Shown: positions 37,662 through 47,874, counted from the first letter of the stretch. The stretch is 50,909 nt of DNA from Bacteroidales bacterium (GCA_016285445.1 JAEEQV010000001.1:1-50909), one strand, 5' to 3'. Numbers and translations are program-made. The notes: a model not told the origin generated them from the letters alone.

Positions 37662-40600
37662 ATGAAAAAAGCCATCAAAATCATAGGAATAACACTCGGC
37701 TCAGTTGTGGGAGTATCGCTCATTGCCGTGTGTATTGTGGTTTGGTTTGTGTTCACACCGGCAAAACTCACGCCTATCGTGAAAAGTTATATTCCTGCCT
37801 TTGTCTCATGTCAGACGGAACTCGACACAGTTGACCTCACGTTTTTCAGCACGTTCCCGCATTTCGGACTCCGGTTGCACAACGTAGCCCTTATCAATCC
37901 TATGGACGGAGCCCCATCCGACACCGTGGCATATATCGGCGATTTGGTGGCTACGGTCGATGTGAATGAATATCTCTCGAATGCCAATGTGGTGATAAAC
38001 GGTGTGTATATCGACAATACGATTGCTAACATCTACGTGAACGCCGACAGCGTTGCAAACTACGATGTTTTCATTTCCGACACGACTGCCGAGGACACTA
38101 CATCGTCGTCAATGTTTAATCAATTGGCTATCAAGGATGTAAAACTGACAAACGTTTCGGCACAATATATTGACGTGCCTTCAAAAATGAACGCGTCAAT
38201 TTCAAATATAAATCTTAACGCCGACGTGCTTATGGAAGGTGATTCCATTGCCACCGACATGACCATAACGTCGGATGCGATTGACTTCGCTTTAACCGAC
38301 TCCACACAACTGACGGCTTCGGTCGGGGATTTCAGTGCAAACTTTTCGGGCGGTCTGGGTAATTACAACAACTTGAAAGGCACGCTCAAAATGGCCTTAA
38401 ACACGGTATCGGCAAAAATGGGCGAAACGCAGTATCTGGATTCGTTGAAACAGATTTCCGCCACTGTCCCGATGGAAGTTACGCTTGATTCGCTGAAAAT
38501 TGGCTTGAAAGAAGCGTTGCTTGGCATAAACGAACATCAAATTTCATTGACTGGCGATGCCGAGATTGGCGACGACATTCGTATGGATATGTTCTTCTCG
38601 ACAAATGATATTCGTCTGAATCAGTTATTTACGTTGATTCCCGAAGAAATGTTAAAGGAATATCTTGATGGCATTGATTTGAACGGCGTGGTGCAACTTT
38701 CGGGAAATGTGCGTGGTATTATGAACGATACGCTTATGCCTCTCATTACCGCCGATGCGAATTATTCCGAAGGAACCGTGGTTGTTGATGGTTTGGGTCA
38801 CGACTTATATGATGTGGCTGCCAATGCCCACGTGAATATTGACTTGAACGAGGAAAAGAATTCCTCTGTGAAATTAAATTCTCTTTCGGCAAAGACAGGA
38901 AAATCTTCGGTGACGGCAACGGGCGAAATTCTTGACTTGATGAACAAGATGATTTTCGACATTCGTGCCAATGCTCGCATTTGGTTACTTGATTTGAAAA
39001 ATGATATGCCGGAATACATTTTTGCCACTGGTTGGGCCGATGCAGTGCTTACGGCAAAATGCGACATGGATGCTCTTACCAATGTTGATTTGAATCGTAT
39101 CAAGGCAAACGGAACCATAAATTTGACCGATTTTGACGCCGTTTACGAGGATTCTACCCTTGTGAATAGCGAGAAAATGGCAATTGATTTCAAATTGCCT
39201 ACCACATATTCGCAGAAAGAATTCAAGGAAGTGCTTGATTTGAACATAAAAAGTGGAAAGCTCTCGGTTGAAATGCTTGATTTCTTCAAGACGAAACTCT
39301 ACGATGCCAACATTCGCCTTGGCTTGTCTGACGTGATGGACACGACCAAAGACGTGGCTATGGCGTGCGACCTCAATATAAAGGATATTGACTACGTAAT
39401 GGAAGCCGATACGATTTCCGCCGCTGTACGGAATACCAAAGGTACGCTCAAAATGTTCCCAAAAGGAAAAAATACTGGCTATGTGTGCATGATGAACTGC
39501 GATAGCGTGTATGCCAAGGTTGCCGAAGATGTTACTGCCCGAACAGGTGTTATAAACATTGACGCAAAAGCAGAATACGATGAATCTATTGAAGATGCTC
39601 TTTTGCAATGGAATCCCGATGTGAAACTTAACTTCAATCAGGGTCAAATTGCGTTGAGTGCCATCGAGGCACCCATAAAAGTGTCGAAAATCAAATGTGA
39701 ACTCGACAAGAAACGATTCATCTTGGATCAAAGCAAGGTAATTCTTGGTAATTCCGACTTCCAATTGAAGGGTGTCATAAAAAATATCGCCGATTACATC
39801 AATGGTGAAGACATTCTTAAGGGCGAGCTGGAATTTACTTCGGACTACACCGATGTGATGGAGTTGATGGATATGGTAAGTGGCATGGGCGACACCACCG
39901 AGGTGGCAACCGAGGAACCCGTGGCTGCAAACACAGCCGATACTACCGTAGTTGAAGAAGACAATCCGTTTATGGTGCCTCTTGGCGTTGATATTGTAAT
40001 GACGACGGACATTAAGAAGGCATTGGTGGGCAAGAAGATAGTTGAACACGTAGGTGGAGGCCTTACTATTCGTGATGGTGTGCTTGTGCTTGAAGAAATG
40101 GGTTTCACGTGCGACGCCGCACAAATGCAGTTGACGTCAATCTATCGCTCGGCACGGAAAAATCACCTTTTTGCAGGACTTGATTTTCACTTGATTGACA
40201 TTAGCATAGCCGACTTGATTGATATGATTCCCGACATTGACACTATCGTTCCTATGTTGAAATCATTCTCGGGGAAAGCGGAATTTCACTTTGCCGCCGA
40301 GACGTACCTGAAGTCAAATTACGAACCGAAATTCTCGACACTTCGTGGTGCGGCAGCCATCAAAGGAAAGGATTTGGTTGTAATGGATAGCGAGACATTC
40401 GACCAAATATCGAAGTTGCTTCTATTTAATAAAAAGAAAACGAAAAACGTGATAGACAGTCTTGACGTGGAAATGACCGTTTTCCGCAACGAAGTTGACC
40501 TGTATCCGTTTGTGGTTTCAATGGACAAATACCAAGCCGTGCTTTCGGGCTATCACAATCTTGATATGACATACAATTATCATATCTCATTGACAAAGAG

Positions 40601-40802
40601 CCCGTTGCTTTTCAAATTGGGATTGAACATTATGGGAAATCTTGAAGATTTGAAGTTCAAATTGGCAAAATGTCAGTATAAAAAATTGTATAAACCACAA
40701 AAACGTGGCGTAGTCGATGAACAGATTCTTGCCTTGAAGAAAACAATCAGTTCTTCGTTGCAGGCAGGTGTGAAAAATCAAGACGCGTTGATGAAAGATT
40801 GA
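37662..40802 (+). CDS. AsmA-family / TamB-like large envelope protein
   Basis: 1046 aa with a single N-terminal TM anchor, followed by a long beta-rich, D/N/T-rich sequence typical of AsmA-like proteins. Confidence 0.75.
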   Translation: MKKAIKIIGITLGSVVGVSLIAVCIVVWFVFTPAKLTPIVKSYIPAFVSCQTELDTVDLTFFSTFPHFGLRLHNVALINPMDGAPSDTVAYIGDLVATVDVNEYLSNANVVINGVYIDNTIANIYVNADSVANYDVFISDTTAEDTTSSSMFNQLAIKDVKLTNVSAQYIDVPSKMNASISNINLNADVLMEGDSIATDMTITSDAIDFALTDSTQLTASVGDFSANFSGGLGNYNNLKGTLKMALNTVSAKMGETQYLDSLKQISATVPMEVTLDSLKIGLKEALLGINEHQISLTGDAEIGDDIRMDMFFSTNDIRLNQLFTLIPEEMLKEYLDGIDLNGVVQLSGNVRGIMNDTLMPLITADANYSEGTVVVDGLGHDLYDVAANAHVNIDLNEEKNSSVKLNSLSAKTGKSSVTATGEILDLMNKMIFDIRANARIWLLDLKNDMPEYIFATGWADAVLTAKCDMDALTNVDLNRIKANGTINLTDFDAVYEDSTLVNSEKMAIDFKLPTTYSQKEFKEVLDLNIKSGKLSVEMLDFFKTKLYDANIRLGLSDVMDTTKDVAMACDLNIKDIDYVMEADTISAAVRNTKGTLKMFPKGKNTGYVCMMNCDSVYAKVAEDVTARTGVINIDAKAEYDESIEDALLQWNPDVKLNFNQGQIALSAIEAPIKVSKIKCELDKKRFILDQSKVILGNSDFQLKGVIKNIADYINGEDILKGELEFTSDYTDVMELMDMVSGMGDTTEVATEEPVAANTADTTVVEEDNPFMVPLGVDIVMTTDIKKALVGKKIVEHVGGGLTIRDGVLVLEEMGFTCDAAQMQLTSIYRSARKNHLFAGLDFHLIDISIADLIDMIPDIDTIVPMLKSFSGKAEFHFAAETYLKSNYEPKFSTLRGAAAIKGKDLVVMDSETFDQISKLLLFNKKKTKNVIDSLDVEMTVFRNEVDLYPFVVSMDKYQAVLSGYHNLDMTYNYHISLTKSPLLFKLGLNIMGNLEDLKFKLAKCQYKKLYKPQKRGVVDEQILALKKTISSSLQAGVKNQDALMKD

Positions 40803-40805
40803 AAT

Positions 40806-40828
40806 AATTGACAATGAGAATTGACAAT
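40806..40828 (+). repeat. two direct copies of AATTGACAAT, 13 nt apart
   Basis: The copies lie at 40806-40815 and 40819-40828. Each contains the near-palindrome ATTG-N-CAAT. They sit between the asmA-like stop and pyrF. Confidence 0.8.
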
Positions 40829-40840
40829 TGAAAAATGTAG

Positions 40841-40859
40841 GGACGCAAAGTTTGCGTCC
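40841..40859 (+). terminator. GC-rich hairpin after the asmA-like gene
   Basis: GGACGCA (40841-40847) pairs with TGCGTCC (40853-40859). The preceding TGTAG resembles the start of the 14498 and 46656 palindromes. Confidence 0.5.
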
Positions 40860-40878
40860 AGATTTATAAATTAAGAAT

Positions 40879-41703
40879 ATGAATAAAGATCAGTTAGTAT
40901 CGGAAATTACCAAGAAACAAAGTTTTTTATGCGTCGGTCTTGATACCGACATAAACAAAATACCTGAACATCTACGTTCCGTTGACGACCCAATTTTTGT
41001 GTTCAACAAGGCGATTATCGACGCAACGGCACAATATACTGTTGCTTACAAGCCAAACATTGCTTTTTATGAATGTTATGGCATTTCGGGATGGAAAAGT
41101 CTGGAAAAAACGGTGAATTACATAAAAAATAAATATCCCGAAATATTCCTTATTGCCGACGCAAAGCGTGGTGATATTGGCAATACGTCGAAAATGTATG
41201 CCAAGGCATTTCTTGAAAACCTTCCGTTCGATTCGGTAACAATTGCTCCTTATATGGGCGAAGATTCTGTGTCGCCGTTTTTGACATACGAAGGGAAATG
41301 GGCAATTATCTTGGCTCTCACGTCGAATAAAGGAGCTTTTGATTTTCAGTTTCAAGAAAGCAACGGCAAGGCGTTGTATGAGCACGTGCTTGAAACGTCG
41401 CAAAAGTGGGGCAGCGAACAAAATATAATGTACGTTGTTGGTGCTACTAAGGCCGAAATGCTCGGAAATGTGCGTGCCATTGTGCCGAATCATTTCCTTT
41501 TAGTTCCAGGTGTCGGAGCACAAGGTGGAAGTCTTGAAGCTGTGGCGCAATACGGAATGAATAAGGATTGTGGACTTTTGGTAAATTCTTCTCGAGACAT
41601 CATTTACGCCGACACAACGGAAAAATTTGCTGAGGTTGCTGGCGAAAAAGCTCACGAACTGCAAGTTCAAATGGCTGATTTAATGAAACAATTTATGAAA
41701 TAG
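40879..41703 (+). CDS. pyrF: orotidine 5'-phosphate decarboxylase (long type 2 form)
   Basis: 274 aa with the [11 protein letters not shown] motif. Confidence 0.93.
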   Translation: MNKDQLVSEITKKQSFLCVGLDTDINKIPEHLRSVDDPIFVFNKAIIDATAQYTVAYKPNIAFYECYGISGWKSLEKTVNYIKNKYPEIFLIADAKRGDIGNTSKMYAKAFLENLPFDSVTIAPYMGEDSVSPFLTYEGKWAIILALTSNKGAFDFQFQESNGKALYEHVLETSQKWGSEQNIMYVVGATKAEMLGNVRAIVPNHFLLVPGVGAQGGSLEAVAQYGMNKDCGLLVNSSRDIIYADTTEKFAEVAGEKAHELQVQMADLMKQFMK

Positions 41704-41706
41704 CAA

Positions 41707-42780
41707 ATGAAACGATTTGCACTTTTCTTCCTTATTGTTGCTTGTTTTTGTTGCTGTAAACGTACTTCGCAGACGCAGGAAACAACACAAGTTTCGTCTG
41801 ATAATATCTTCAAATACGCCAAAAACATTTATTGTCAGCCAGGAAGCGACACGGTCGTTGTGTATTGTGACTGGAATAATTCAAAAGACACTCTTGTGTA
41901 TTGTCTTCACGACATAAAGTCGAATAGTATAGCCGTGATTTCCACGACCGACATTGCTATGCTTGCGGAACTGAATGCGACTGACCGCATCACAGGTATT
42001 TGCGACCCGTTTCGCACGACGAATCCCCAGGTACAAGAACGGGTAAAACAAGGACTTGTACAAAACGTGGGAACGAGCATGGAAACCAATATAGAGGCTC
42101 TGGTCGCTCTCAATCCCGATTTGGTAATCACGTCTGCCTACAACAGCCTTGACTTAAAGAAATATCAGCATGTTTCGTGTCCGATAGTTTTTACCACAAG
42201 TTGGCAAGAAAATACGCCACTTGCACGTATAGAATGGATAAAATTCGTTGGTATGCTCATCGGAAAAACGCACGAAGCCGATAGCGTATTTGCTGAAATT
42301 GAGAAAAAATATCTAACTCTCAAATCGCGAGCCGACAGCGTTGATACGAAACCTCTCGTTTTGGCGGGTGCCGCGAGCAACGACATTTGGTATATGCCAG
42401 GCGGCAAAAGCTATGTGGCTCAGTTTATTGCCGATGCAGGAGGAAAATTCATCTGGGCTGACGATGAAAATACGGGCAGTGTGGTCTTGAATTTTGAACA
42501 GGTGCTCCACGCTTCGCAAAATGCCGATTGTTGGATTGGATGTGATGAAAAATCGTATGCTGAACTTGATGCGATGAACAAAAACTACAAATTGCTCGAT
42601 GTCTATAAGAAAAAAGCAATCTACAATCGCTCAAAACGAAGTTTCCCGAACGGTGGTAACGATTATTGGGAATATGGTTATGTCCGTCCCGACATTGTTC
42701 TTGCCGATTATATGAAAATCATTCATCCCGAACTCCTACCTAATTACGAGACGGTGTTTTTAGAAAAACTTGCCGAATAA
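41707..42780 (+). CDS. ABC transporter periplasmic substrate-binding lipoprotein (BtuF/FecB class)
   Basis: It has a signal peptide with Cys residues (FFLIVACFCCC). The sequence looks like a helical-backbone binding protein, and FecCD permease and ATPase genes follow. Confidence 0.8.
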   Translation: MKRFALFFLIVACFCCCKRTSQTQETTQVSSDNIFKYAKNIYCQPGSDTVVVYCDWNNSKDTLVYCLHDIKSNSIAVISTTDIAMLAELNATDRITGICDPFRTTNPQVQERVKQGLVQNVGTSMETNIEALVALNPDLVITSAYNSLDLKKYQHVSCPIVFTTSWQENTPLARIEWIKFVGMLIGKTHEADSVFAEIEKKYLTLKSRADSVDTKPLVLAGAASNDIWYMPGGKSYVAQFIADAGGKFIWADDENTGSVVLNFEQVLHASQNADCWIGCDEKSYAELDAMNKNYKLLDVYKKKAIYNRSKRSFPNGGNDYWEYGYVRPDIVLADYMKIIHPELLPNYETVFLEKLAE

Positions 42781-42782
42781 TA

Positions 42783-43799
42783 TTGCACGTGAGAAATCTA
42801 CTGTCCATAATACTCGTAATCTTAATTCCGATTTGTTTCGTCACCGACATTTTGTTCGGTAGTGTGCAGATCCCATTGCAAGGGTTTATAGATATACTCC
42901 AAGGGAATAATGATAATTCGTTGTGGTACAATATTATAGTTCGTTTGCGACTCCCTCGGGCTATCTCCGCTATTCTGGTAGGAATCGCGTTGCCCATTTC
43001 GGGATTGCTTATGCAGACACTGTTTAAGAATCCTCTCGCCGACCCCTATATTTTAGGAGTAAGCACGGGGGCAAGTCTGGGCGTGGCTTTCTATTCTCTT
43101 ATGGGTGGAATCACGTTGGGAATATTTACCTTTCTCAATGGTAGTTTGGGAACTGCTATTTCGGCGTTGATAGGCTCGTCAATCATCATTTTGCTCATTC
43201 TTGTCATAGCACCTAAAATCAAAAACATTGCTTCATTGCTCATTATAGGAATAATGTTCGGGAGTTTGACTTCGGCCATAGTCAATATGTTACAGTATTT
43301 TTCAAATCCCGACGAGGTGCATAATTTCCTTCTTTGGACAATGGGAAGTCTTGCCAACATTGATAAGACGGAAATTACTTTTATGATTATAGTAATTGTT
43401 CCGATAACAATTGCCACACTTTTGATACATAAACCGTTAGATGCAATCCTTTTGGGAGAAAATTATGCGCATAGTTTAGGCGTAAATACAGGAAAAACAA
43501 AAATCGTGATTATTATTTTCTCAACGATATTAGCAAGTATTGTCACAGCATTTGCCGGACCAATCGGGTTTGTGGGAATGACAGTTCCGCACATTGCTCG
43601 ATTTTTATTTAAGACAAACTCGCATAAAAAACTCATTATCAATGCAATATTGATTGGCGTCAATCTTATGCTTGTTTGCGATTTGATTTCGCAACTTCCA
43701 GGAACACAGACAATGCTCCCGATTAATACGGTGACCGCAATTTTTGGTGCGCCCATCGTGATTTTAGTTATTTACCGAAGCCGACGAAACAATATATGA
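42783..43799 (+). CDS. FecCD/BtuC-family ABC permease
   Basis: 338 aa and polytopic, with LRLPRAISAILVGIALPISG and GPIGFVGMTVPHIAR. The ORF-track start is TTG and the GTG at 42789 is also possible, so the start is uncertain. Confidence 0.88.
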   Translation: MHVRNLLSIILVILIPICFVTDILFGSVQIPLQGFIDILQGNNDNSLWYNIIVRLRLPRAISAILVGIALPISGLLMQTLFKNPLADPYILGVSTGASLGVAFYSLMGGITLGIFTFLNGSLGTAISALIGSSIIILLILVIAPKIKNIASLLIIGIMFGSLTSAIVNMLQYFSNPDEVHNFLLWTMGSLANIDKTEITFMIIVIVPITIATLLIHKPLDAILLGENYAHSLGVNTGKTKIVIIIFSTILASIVTAFAGPIGFVGMTVPHIARFLFKTNSHKKLIINAILIGVNLMLVCDLISQLPGTQTMLPINTVTAIFGAPIVILVIYRSRRNNI

Positions 43800-44590
43800 A
43801 CGAGACGAAAAACATATTGGTCACTCTTGAAAACCTTGCCGTTGGATACGTAGGGAAAACTCAGAATAGCATCATTCTTGGAAATCTTAATCTTTCCATT
43901 GCCGAAGGCGAATTGGTTTGTCTGCTCGGGCCAAACGGATGTGGAAAATCCACATTGATACGGACTATTGCGGGAATGCAGCCGAGTTTGTCGGGTGAGG
44001 TTTTTATAAAAGAGAATGCCATTTCAACGTTGGAGATTCAAAATCTGGCGAAAGTCGTGAGCGTTGTCCTTACTGATACCATCGACGTTCCCAATATGAC
44101 CGTGTTTGATATTGTTGCCTTGGGACGCTATCCTCACACGGGCTGGTTCGGCACGTTACATTCCAAGGATTTGGAACTCATCAACGATTGCATTTCCAAA
44201 GTCGGACTTGAACACCTCAAAATGAGGGAGTTTTTGCAACTGAGCGACGGCGAGAAACAACGGACGCTGATTGCCAAAGCGCTGGTTCAAGATACAGATT
44301 TCATACTGTTGGACGAGCCGACGGCACATTTGGATTTATCAAGTCGGATTGAAATAATGAAACTGCTCAAGGAGCTTGCTCACACGACGAAAAAATCTTT
44401 TCTTTTGTCAACCCATGAACTGGAACTTGCTCTCCAAATTTCCGACAAAATATGGCTGGCTTCAAACAAAGAAATCGTAAGCGGAACAGCTACGGAACTT
44501 ATTCAACAAAAAGCGTTTGAGACATCGTTCCCCAATGGGAATTTTGTTGTTGAAGAAGAGCAGGGGATAGTACGAATCAATTATAGATAG
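43796..44590 (+). CDS. ABC transporter ATP-binding protein (FecE/BtuD class)
   Basis: Walker A GPNGCGKST, signature LSDGEKQR, Walker B ILLDEPTAHLD. Confidence 0.9.
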   Translation: MNETKNILVTLENLAVGYVGKTQNSIILGNLNLSIAEGELVCLLGPNGCGKSTLIRTIAGMQPSLSGEVFIKENAISTLEIQNLAKVVSVVLTDTIDVPNMTVFDIVALGRYPHTGWFGTLHSKDLELINDCISKVGLEHLKMREFLQLSDGEKQRTLIAKALVQDTDFILLDEPTAHLDLSSRIEIMKLLKELAHTTKKSFLLSTHELELALQISDKIWLASNKEIVSGTATELIQQKAFETSFPNGNFVVEEEQGIVRINYR

Positions 44591-44688
44591 ATTATATTCA
44601 ATAATCAAATTCTGAAAAGGCACCCTTTTATCAAATAGATATCGTTTGCTTTTTCCTCCTAAATGCGATAAATGTTGAAGAGATGCAA

Positions 44689-45744
44689 TTAGTCGCATTT
44701 CTCTCTATATATAATCTGTAACGTGCTATTCCCGATAGTTGCGGTTTCCTCTTTAGATATATTTTCTAAGGAAATTTTGGGAGCAGAAACACCGTTAGCG
44801 AAACACTCTTTGGTGGTAAAAATTCGTGCTTCGTCCCACATATCGGCGTCAAGAAATGTCTGAAGCGTTTTTGTTCCTCCTTCTACAATGACGGATTGTA
44901 TTCCTTTCTCATAAAGGTACTCCAAGGTATCAGACACGAGATTATTAGTAATTGTTTTATATTCAAGGTTTTCACACGATTCTTTTGAATCAGCAGTAAA
45001 GATAACCGTAGGCGTTGATTTGTCTTTCAGGTTATTATATTCTGGAATTTTATTATGTACATCCCAAACGACACGCAATGGATTTTTTCCTGCAACCAAA
45101 CGAGTGGTAAGACTTGGATTGTCGTTTACGGCAGTTGTTGTACCGACTAAAATGGCCTGTTCCTCGGCTCTCCATTGATGAACTAATTTTTGACAAACCT
45201 CATCGGTGATTCGTACTCCTTTCGGCGAGTTCTTTTCCGAAGCGACCTTATCAATGAATCCGTCTGCCGTTTGAGCCCATTTCAGTATGATATATGGTCG
45301 CTTTTTCTCGTGGTAGGTAAAAAACCTTCTGTTTAGGAAACGGGATTCTTTTTCTAAAACATTGACAGTCACATCAATTCCTGCGTTTCGTATTTTCTCG
45401 ATTCCTTTCCCTGAAACCTTGCTAAACGAGTCAACACATCCGACGACAACGCGTTTAAGATGTTTGGAAACAATCAAATCGGCACAAGGAGGCGTTTTTC
45501 CAAAATGCGCGCACGGCTCAAGACAAACGTACAACGTGCTTTCAGCAAGCAGACTTTGGTCTGTTACGGAACGGATTGCATTCACCTCGGCGTGCGGTTC
45601 TCCTGCCTTATGATGAAAGCCCTCGCCAATAATCTGTCCGTCGTGTACAATCACGCAACCTACCATAGGATTGGGATACGTGTTGCCAAACGCTTGGTGC
45701 GCCAATGCGATGCAACGTTGCATATATTTCTCGTCGTCAGTCAT
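44689..45744 (-). CDS. ribD: bifunctional riboflavin biosynthesis deaminase/reductase RibD
   Basis: Deaminase zinc motifs HAEVNAI and CLEPCAHFGKTPPC, plus a C-terminal reductase domain. I trimmed the start from 45882 to the ATG at 45744 (MTDDEKYMQRCIALA). Confidence 0.92.
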   Translation of the reverse strand: MTDDEKYMQRCIALAHQAFGNTYPNPMVGCVIVHDGQIIGEGFHHKAGEPHAEVNAIRSVTDQSLLAESTLYVCLEPCAHFGKTPPCADLIVSKHLKRVVVGCVDSFSKVSGKGIEKIRNAGIDVTVNVLEKESRFLNRRFFTYHEKKRPYIILKWAQTADGFIDKVASEKNSPKGVRITDEVCQKLVHQWRAEEQAILVGTTTAVNDNPSLTTRLVAGKNPLRVVWDVHNKIPEYNNLKDKSTPTVIFTADSKESCENLEYKTITNNLVSDTLEYLYEKGIQSVIVEGGTKTLQTFLDADMWDEARIFTTKECFANGVSAPKISLENISKEETATIGNSTLQIIYREKCD

Positions 45745-45785
45745 TGAAAAATTGCATTTTCTGTCTTTATATTCCAATTGAATCG

Positions 45786-45793
45786 TATTTTTG
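45786..45793 (+). promoter_or_regulatory. -7 box TATTTTTG
   Basis: TAnnTTTG. Its last base is 5 nt from the prmC ATG at 45798, which would give a very short or absent leader. Confidence 0.35.
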
Positions 45794-45797
45794 TCGT

Positions 45798-46643
45798 ATG
45801 ACAATTCAAGATGTAAAAATAGAATTTCAGCGGAAATTGGCAACATTTTATGAGCCAAAAGAAATACAATCAATTTTTTCATTGATTGCCGAGGACCTGG
45901 ATTTTTCCCCTACCTACCTGATTTTACACAAAGATGACGAGTTGTCGGATACACAAAAAAATTTCTTTGAACAATGCTTGCAACGGCTTGCGACTGCCGA
46001 GCCTGTGCAATATATTCGTGGCAAGGCGGATTTTTACGACTTGCAGTTCTTCGTAAATCCGTCAGTACTCATTCCTCGCCAAGAGACAGAGGAGTTGATT
46101 AATGTAATACTTCAAGAGAACAGAAATAATACTCCAAAAATCATTGACTTAGGAACAGGGAGCGGATGTATTGCCATTACGCTTGCAAAGCACCTCTCCA
46201 ATGCGAAGGTTTCTGCTGTTGACGTTTCGGAACAAACATTACAGACGGCGAAATCGAATGCTCTGAAAAATGACGTTTCGGTAGATTTTTATCTTGGCGA
46301 TATGCAAGACGAGGCTTTTATGTCGCAGTTCCCCAAATTTGACATTATTGTGAGCAATCCGCCATACGTATGTCACTCCGAAAAGAACGAAATTCGCCAA
46401 AATGTGTTGCACTATGAGCCACATCTTGCTTTGTTTGTGGAAGACACGAATCCGTTGCAGTTTTATCGGGCAATTGCTCGTTTTGCGTCAGAACATCTTG
46501 CAGAAAACGGTACGGTTTATTGCGAAATCAACGAAACTTTGGGCGAGGAAACAAAACAGTTATTTGAATCGTTTGGATTCTCAAAATGCGAAATACGAAA
46601 AGATTTGTTCGGGAAAGATAGAATTGTGAAAGTTCAAAAATAA
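45798..46643 (+). CDS. prmC: release factor N5-glutamine methyltransferase PrmC (HemK)
   Basis: SAM motif DLGTGSGCIA and catalytic NPPY (VSNPPYV). I trimmed the start to the ATG at 45798 (MTIQDVKIEF). Confidence 0.9.
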   Translation: MTIQDVKIEFQRKLATFYEPKEIQSIFSLIAEDLDFSPTYLILHKDDELSDTQKNFFEQCLQRLATAEPVQYIRGKADFYDLQFFVNPSVLIPRQETEELINVILQENRNNTPKIIDLGTGSGCIAITLAKHLSNAKVSAVDVSEQTLQTAKSNALKNDVSVDFYLGDMQDEAFMSQFPKFDIIVSNPPYVCHSEKNEIRQNVLHYEPHLALFVEDTNPLQFYRAIARFASEHLAENGTVYCEINETLGEETKQLFESFGFSKCEIRKDLFGKDRIVKVQK

Positions 46644-46655
46644 ATAATAGAACAT

Positions 46656-46685
46656 TGTAGAGACGATGTGCACATCGTCTCTACA
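46656..46685. repeat. palindromic extragenic repeat, copy 2 (30-nt perfect palindrome), probable terminator of prmC
   Basis: TGTAGAGACGATGTG|CACATCGTCTCTACA, starting 13 nt after the prmC stop. It differs from the 14498-14525 copy at one loop base. Confidence 0.85.
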
Positions 46686-46728
46686 ACAAACATCATGGGA
46701 AACCCTTCTAAATCCCATTATTATTTTC

Positions 46729-46736
46729 TATCTTTG
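46729..46736 (+). promoter_or_regulatory. -7 box TATCTTTG
   Basis: TAnnTTTG, 19 nt upstream of the mrp ATG. The context TTTTCTATCTTTGCC is shared with 47870-47884. Confidence 0.45.
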
Positions 46737-46754
46737 CCACAAATAAAAAAAACA

Positions 46755-47780
46755 ATGAAAGAACAAATCGTAAAAATCATCAACCAAATACCCGTTCCAG
46801 GCGAATCGGGAACAATGGTTCAATTTATACAACTTGTTGATGTCAACGGCAACGATGTCACCATAAAATTTGGTTTGCCTCAGAAATACGACAAATACGA
46901 ACGCGCCATCATCTCGTCGGTACAAGATGCCATAAAACGCGGTGTGCCCGAGGTTGGTAATGTCAATGTCCTTATTGATATCATTAAAGCCAATGATTTA
47001 GAAGGAGAAGGTGGCGTTTCGAAGGTGAAAAAAGTGATTGCCGTCGCATCGGGGAAAGGTGGTGTAGGGAAATCGACTGTGAGCGCTAATTTGGCGATAG
47101 CATTGGCAAAACAGGGCTACAAGGTGGGATTGCTCGATGCCGATATTTTCGGTCCTTCCATTCCTAAAATGTTCGGTGTGGAGGATGCGCAGCCACTTTG
47201 TCGCAAAGAAGGAGAAAAAGAATGGATTATACCGATAGTGCGATATGGAATAGAATTGCTTTCCATCGGTTTTTTTGTTCGTCCCGAAGATGCTCTTGCA
47301 TGGCGCGGACCAATGGCGGGAAACGTATTGAAACAGTTTATACAGGATTCTGATTGGGGAGAATTAGACGTCTTGGTAATTGATATGCCTCCAGGCACAA
47401 GCGACATACAACTAACTCTGTGTCAAATCATTAACATTACCGGGGCAATTATGGTCGGTACGCCACAGGATGTTGCCGTGATTGATGTGGTGAAAGCGAT
47501 TGATTTCTTCCAAAAAGAGAAAATCGAGGTTCCTATTTTGGGCTTGATAGAAAATATGGCATGGTTTACGCCAAAAGAATTGCCAGACAACAAATATTAC
47601 ATTTTCGGGAAAGGTGGCGTGGAACAACTTGCAAAAGAAAAAGGTTTGCCGTTTTTAGGTGCTGTTCCTATCGTGATGAGCATTCGCGAAGGTGGTGACA
47701 ATGGCGAGCCAGCAGCGCTACACGACAATACGATTATCGGACAACAATTTGCAGAGATAGCAGCGAAAGTTATGATGTAA
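46755..47780 (+). CDS. mrp: Mrp/NBP35 (ApbC) family iron-sulfur cluster carrier ATPase
   Basis: Deviant Walker A SGKGGVGKST and an N-terminal DUF59-like segment. I trimmed the start to the ATG at 46755 (MKEQIVKII). Confidence 0.92.
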   Translation: MKEQIVKIINQIPVPGESGTMVQFIQLVDVNGNDVTIKFGLPQKYDKYERAIISSVQDAIKRGVPEVGNVNVLIDIIKANDLEGEGGVSKVKKVIAVASGKGGVGKSTVSANLAIALAKQGYKVGLLDADIFGPSIPKMFGVEDAQPLCRKEGEKEWIIPIVRYGIELLSIGFFVRPEDALAWRGPMAGNVLKQFIQDSDWGELDVLVIDMPPGTSDIQLTLCQIINITGAIMVGTPQDVAVIDVVKAIDFFQKEKIEVPILGLIENMAWFTPKELPDNKYYIFGKGGVEQLAKEKGLPFLGAVPIVMSIREGGDNGEPAALHDNTIIGQQFAEIAAKVMM

Positions 47781-47874
47781 AGGAGGGATAATGAGAAGTT
47801 ATCAAGGAATAAAATTTTTTCAAAAAAGTTAATAACTTTCTCACTGAGTTTCTTGCTGAAAAAATCCCTTTTTC

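Noticed and set aside
38985-40124. 379-aa ORF on the minus strand, inside the AsmA-like gene
   Set aside because: It lies entirely antisense to a much longer, coherent ORF. Its translation is rich in H, F, I, C and R and has no recognisable motif, which is typical of antisense-frame read-through. The same applies to 793-1884 and 3061-3975 (antisense to gltD and gltB) and to the other short overlapping ORFs in the track.
41704-41706. Cobalamin or other riboswitch upstream of the BtuFCD/FecBCD-like importer, and FMN riboswitch upstream of ribD
   Set aside because: The binding-protein gene starts 3 nt after pyrF. ribD has only a 53-bp divergent gap shared with prmC. There is no room for a riboswitch, and no B12-box or FMN core motif was seen.
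44689-45882. Long N-terminal extensions in the ORF track (ribD to 45882, prmC from 45705, mrp from 46668, GH8 to 11094, M16 to 23363, yebC from 17110)
   Set aside because: The extensions are hydrophobic or odd sequences with no homology to the family N-termini. Some begin at GTG or TTG, overlap the divergent neighbour, or contain the predicted -7 box. Internal ATGs give canonical N-termini.
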